From: an uncultured Nitrospinaceae bacterium
Lineage (GTDB): Bacteria; UBA8248
Assembly (NCBI GenBank): GCA_964005815.1
Contig: CAXFSR010000043.1
Location: 1 to 64,000 of the forward strand
Reading direction: 5' to 3'
Length of the DNA stretch: 64,000 bases
Notes under the pieces: generated by a model
The model's database searches: none
Seen by the model: the letters and a program-made list of their open reading frames with translations, nothing else
What the model was told of the DNA's origin: nothing
Made by a program: the position numbers and the translations under genes
Shown here: positions 60,111-64,000 of the stretch, piece after piece
Numbering within the stretch: the first letter of the stretch is position 1
How the letters are laid out: each line of letters begins with the position of its first letter

Positions 60111-61286
60111 CTATAAATGTTTCATAGAACGTATGCGCATAGTCTGATTTGTACCATCTGAATGTAGGAAACTAGTAACATCTCGAAGATACTTTTCCAT
60201 AGGAGCCTCAGTCATATAACCCATTCCACCCCAAACTTCCATAGATCGTGTAGCAATACGGAAAGAAGCCTCAGAAACAAAACTTTTAGTCATGAATCCC
60301 ATCTTTGGGTCATATAAACTTCTATCCGATGCTGTCCATGCTGCATAATGCAACATTTGTCTAGACGCTTGATATTCAGCAAAGGAGTCGCACAACATAA
60401 ATCCTACAGCCTGATGCTCTATAATAGGTTTCCCTCCTTGAACACGATTACGTGCGTACTCAAGCGCCTCTTCATGAGAGGCTCTTGCTGTTCCAAGCAC
60501 TGTTGCAGCAGCCTCAATATTTGAACCCAGAACAAAAGTTTTTCTAGCCTCCATTGCCTTGTTAACTTCGGTAATACGGTGCTCATCAGGTATTCTACAT
60601 TCATTAAATAACAATTCTGCATTTAGAGAGAGCCTTTGCCCTAACTTGTCATGAAACTTTCCATAATCAAAACCTTCCATGCTTGGGTCAAGAAGGAAAT
60701 ACGTCATTCCCTCTGACACACCTTTTGATGGATCTGTTCTCATAGCTACAATATATAGTTTCGCAACTCCACCATTACTAATATAATGTTTTTTGCCATT
60801 CGCAATCCAACTATCACCATCACGGACAGCGGTCGTTCTTACACCTGCATCTGGACTATCATAAGGAATGATATTGTCAGAACCTCCGGAAGGTTCAGTC
60901 ATGGCAACAGCAAGATGAAATAAATCGTCTTCTAAAAATTGATTTAAATATTTAGATTTTTGGTCTTCATTTGTGAGAGTCTCAAACAAATGAGTTATTT
61001 TCCAAGTCTGATCAAAAGTAACTGCAGTACCTAAATCTCCCCAGGCTAATTCCTCTCCTACCATACACAAAGTCAAAACATCTGCACCTGCTCCACCAAG
61101 TTCTACAGGGAGGGCAAGAGTTCTCAGCCCTAACTTACTTCCTTTCTCAAGAACATCCCAAGGAAATCTTTTAAGTGGATCTGGCTCCCTATCTAGTTCT
61201 CTAGCAACCGGCCTAATTTCTTTTTCGGCAAAATCATGAGCTAATTCGACCAAAGCTTTCTGCTCTTCACTTATTTTATAGTCCAT
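60111..61286 (-). CDS. Acyl-CoA dehydrogenase-family flavoprotein
   Basis: AMTEP..GSD, NG.K.YISNG, R.QGGKPI and GGMGY motifs; ATG at 61286 preferred. Confidence 0.9.
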   Translation of the reverse strand: MDYKISEEQKALVELAHDFAEKEIRPVARELDREPDPLKRFPWDVLEKGSKLGLRTLALPVELGGAGADVLTLCMVGEELAWGDLGTAVTFDQTWKITHLFETLTNEDQKSKYLNQFLEDDLFHLAVAMTEPSGGSDNIIPYDSPDAGVRTTAVRDGDSWIANGKKHYISNGGVAKLYIVAMRTDPSKGVSEGMTYFLLDPSMEGFDYGKFHDKLGQRLSLNAELLFNECRIPDEHRITEVNKAMEARKTFVLGSNIEAAATVLGTARASHEEALEYARNRVQGGKPIIEHQAVGFMLCDSFAEYQASRQMLHYAAWTASDRSLYDPKMGFMTKSFVSEASFRIATRSMEVWGGMGYMTEAPMEKYLRDVTSFLHSDGTNQTMRIRSMKHL

Positions 61287-61331
61287 ACATATTCCTTTCT
61301 CCCGAAATACAAACACTTCGAAATTAGAGAA

Positions 61332-62054
61332 TTAATCTGTATAAATAGCTACAGCCCTAACAGGAGAACCAGTTCCTCTTCTGATTTTCAAAGGCAGACA
61401 TGAAAAAATAAACTTAGTCCCTACTACCTCTTTCAAATTAGCAAGATTCTCTACATTTAGAACTTTTCTCTCCCTGCAGGCTTTGTGTGCCCAATATCCC
61501 TTGTCTTTCATAGCAGCGGAAGAATCAATACTTGGAGAATCAATTCCAATATTTATACATCCCCTATCAGCCAGCCAGATCGTTGCAGATTCACTTAGAC
61601 CCGGATATGTGTACATATAGTCATAAAAATCATCCTTATAGTTCGCTTCATAATGACCGCTCCATATTAAAACCGTTCCCTTTTTAGGGACTTCAAGACC
61701 TGATTTCTCACATGCTTCTTCTAAATCTTTAGGTTCAATCCATGTATCAGTATTGCAAAACTTAGAAAGATCTAAACAAATTGCTTCATTAAAAAACCAC
61801 TCAAAACCAAGTTCATCTATACTCTCAGCATCAGGACTTTTATCTATATGCAAAAAAGCATCTACATGTGTTGGGCCATGATCACTCATAATAATCGTAT
61901 TCGTTGTAGAGGTATGACCTGATGGAGAGGACGTATTGGCTCTAGTAGTTTCTTCATGGGTTTTTGAAGGAAACACTCCTGTCCTTTGATGACCTGGATA
62001 AACAGGCATTCCATTATAAATCTCTTGTGTTAAATCTACCAACCTAAAATTCAT
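61332..62054 (-). CDS. Cyclase family (kynurenine formamidase/isatin hydrolase-like) amidohydrolase
   Basis: HGPTHVDAFLH, GIDSPS, ENL and GSPVRAVA motifs; ATG at 62054 after GGAGG. Confidence 0.9.
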   Translation of the reverse strand: MNFRLVDLTQEIYNGMPVYPGHQRTGVFPSKTHEETTRANTSSPSGHTSTTNTIIMSDHGPTHVDAFLHIDKSPDAESIDELGFEWFFNEAICLDLSKFCNTDTWIEPKDLEEACEKSGLEVPKKGTVLIWSGHYEANYKDDFYDYMYTYPGLSESATIWLADRGCINIGIDSPSIDSSAAMKDKGYWAHKACRERKVLNVENLANLKEVVGTKFIFSCLPLKIRRGTGSPVRAVAIYTD

Positions 62055-62111
62055 TGCACTTCCTCCTAAAAACATGATAATTAACGATTAAAATAGAAAT
62101 CCATTTTTGAT

Positions 62112-62882
62112 CTATTTATTACTTTTCCAAAGTCTGCCGTAAAAAATAAAGCTGCCAAAAAGGAGTATCAGAATAAAACTCGCTATATAGGCTGCCCGTA
62201 CAGAACCAAACCATAAACTATCTGCACGATAACCACTTACTATTGCCCTACCTATAGAATACAAAACAAAATAAAGACAAAACAAAAAACCAGGTTTATG
62301 TGATTTTAATCTGAGTGTTCGCAAAATGAGAAACCAAAAGAAATTCAAGAACAACTCATATAGCATTACAGGATGAATAGGTTCGTCCGGAAATTGCTTT
62401 CCCGCAATACTTTCCTGAGGGAAAATAATTCCCCATGGCATATTAGTTGGTATACCATGAGCGTCACCGTTCATGAAATTTCCAAATCTACCGAAAACCT
62501 GTCCCAACATTATAGAGGGCGCGACAGCATCTGCAAAAGACCAAGTCGAAACTTTATGCCTTGCAAGAAAAATCAAGCCTGCTAATACACCACCAATTAG
62601 TCCTCCATGTATAGCTAATCCTCCGTGCCATATTTTTGGGATTTCCCAAAGATGATTTCCATAAAAATTCCAATTAAAAACTACGTAGTACGATCTTGCA
62701 AAAAAAATTCCTGAGAACATACAAATAAGAGCAAAATTCATAACCTCATCATTTGTAATAGAAAGATTTTTTCTCTCACATTCTCGCGTAATAAGCCAAG
62801 TCCCAACAAGCAATGCAAGAACGTACATCAACCCATACCATCGTAGAGTTAAAGGACCGATTGAAAATATTATAGGGCTCAT
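62112..62882 (-). CDS. lgt: Prolipoprotein diacylglyceryl transferase
   Basis: RWYG, GGLAIHGG, GRFGNF.N and HP..LYE motifs. Confidence 0.96.
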   Translation of the reverse strand: MSPIIFSIGPLTLRWYGLMYVLALLVGTWLITRECERKNLSITNDEVMNFALICMFSGIFFARSYYVVFNWNFYGNHLWEIPKIWHGGLAIHGGLIGGVLAGLIFLARHKVSTWSFADAVAPSIMLGQVFGRFGNFMNGDAHGIPTNMPWGIIFPQESIAGKQFPDEPIHPVMLYELFLNFFWFLILRTLRLKSHKPGFLFCLYFVLYSIGRAIVSGYRADSLWFGSVRAAYIASFILILLFGSFIFYGRLWKSNK

Positions 62883-62912
62883 TTTATATTTTTCTTTTTA
62901 GTATTTTAAAGA

Positions 62913-63368
62913 CTATACTTCAAGTATTACTTCAAGTTCTAAAGGGGCTCCAAGAGGTAATTCATATACCCCTACAGCTAATCTTGCATGTCTCCCGATT
63001 TCTTCAAAAATTTCAAAAGACAGATCAGAAGCACCATTCATCACAGATGCCTGATCAACAAATCCCTCAGACGATGCTACATAACCGGTCATCCTTACAA
63101 TTCGAGATATTTCGTCCAAGGAACTCAATGCATTATTCGCATGAGCAAGAGCATTTAGAAAACAAAGCCTTGCACAATCTCTTGCGTTATCTATTGATAC
63201 TTTTTCAGGCACTTTACCTTCAAAGAGTAATTTTCCATTTACCGTAGGTATTTGACCAGAAATAAACAACAATGAACCAGAGCGAACAAATGGAACATAC
63301 GAACCAACTGGTGAAGGCGCATTAGGTAAAACAATATCTAATTCTTTTAATTTTCTATCTATGCTCAA
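62913..63368 (-). CDS. Rid-family protein (Rid1-like)
   Basis: SGQIP, NGASDL, GRHAR.AVGV and LP.GAPLE motifs. Confidence 0.9.
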   Translation of the reverse strand: MSIDRKLKELDIVLPNAPSPVGSYVPFVRSGSLLFISGQIPTVNGKLLFEGKVPEKVSIDNARDCARLCFLNALAHANNALSSLDEISRIVRMTGYVASSEGFVDQASVMNGASDLSFEIFEEIGRHARLAVGVYELPLGAPLELEVILEV

Positions 63369-63991
63369 TTCTCACTTCCTCCATCATTAAGTTTCACAGA
63401 AAACTCAAAGTCTTCAGGAGTATTAATATTTTTAAAAGACAATCCTCCTTTATCCCATTGTCTCCAAGTTTCTTCTCGTAAATATCTAACATGCAAACCA
63501 GAGAAGAATGAAGTCATTTCAAGTTTTCCATTTTCTATATTATCTATTATAACAGGCAAACAATTTCTGTCATAAATGGCAAATAAGGGCTCGGGTTTAG
63601 AATCTTTCAACGGGATCAAAACATCTTCATCAGAAACAGAATCAATAAAATTCTCAACCAAAACCTCATTTAAAAGAGGCATGTCACAAGCAATCAAAAG
63701 AACTTTACTTGCCTCACTCACGGACAGCGCTGTATACAATCCACCTAAAGGTCCTTTATCCACAATCAAATCAGGGAACACAGAAAAATTCATTTCTCTT
63801 AATACCACATTCTCTTCAGACACAACAAAAATTTCTGAAAGATGATTTTCGAGCTTATTACGAATAGTTTCTATAAAAGTTGTCCCATTCAAAGTCAAAA
63901 GAGACTTGTCCTTCCCCCCCATCCTTGTATTTTTTCCCCCCGCTAAAATTACCGCAGAAACAGATATTCGACACATAACACTTCCATTCAA
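63365..63991 (-). CDS. mobA: Molybdenum cofactor guanylyltransferase
   Basis: LAGG...RMG.DK, GPLGG, ACDMP, EPL.A.Y and NINTPED motifs. Confidence 0.93.
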   Translation of the reverse strand: MNGSVMCRISVSAVILAGGKNTRMGGKDKSLLTLNGTTFIETIRNKLENHLSEIFVVSEENVVLREMNFSVFPDLIVDKGPLGGLYTALSVSEASKVLLIACDMPLLNEVLVENFIDSVSDEDVLIPLKDSKPEPLFAIYDRNCLPVIIDNIENGKLEMTSFFSGLHVRYLREETWRQWDKGGLSFKNINTPEDFEFSVKLNDGGSEN

Positions 63992-64000
63992 ATTTTCTAA

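Overview
This is an AT-rich, densely coding bacterial chromosome segment of about 57 CDSs. It looks Gram-negative (lgt, nlpD, Tat/Sec-exported binding proteins), and the gene content suggests a nutrient-scavenging, possibly marine, lineage, but taxonomy cannot be fixed from this window. From left to right: a 5'-truncated zinc-ribbon-repeat/endonuclease-like gene behind the 3' end of tRNA-Arg(CCT) with att-like motifs; apt/nlpD; an alpha/beta hydrolase divergent from a BisC-like molybdoenzyme, a crotonase and tctBAC; an Ldh2-family gene coupled to a TM0106/Cas4-like nuclease; two cupins divergent from a complete urtABCDE-ureABCEFGD urea cluster ending at tRNA-Pro(GGG); tcuA-like, surE-pcm and three EamA transporters; a GldA/F/G-DUF4340 ABC system; glycerate kinase and ROK kinase; a DtxR-type regulator-hemP-Fe(III) ABC operon with a perfect 19-bp palindrome in its promoter; and a minus-strand run mobA-rid-lgt-[six catabolic genes]-M23-secA-LLM-prpD-like. 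The best novelty candidates are the Cys-tailed DtxR/HemP/Fbp iron module, the modular zinc-ribbon nuclease at an island edge, the phased GAAACA repeats upstream of the urea operon, and the solo Cas4-like/RNase H nuclease. All calls come from motif recognition by eye; no database searches were run.
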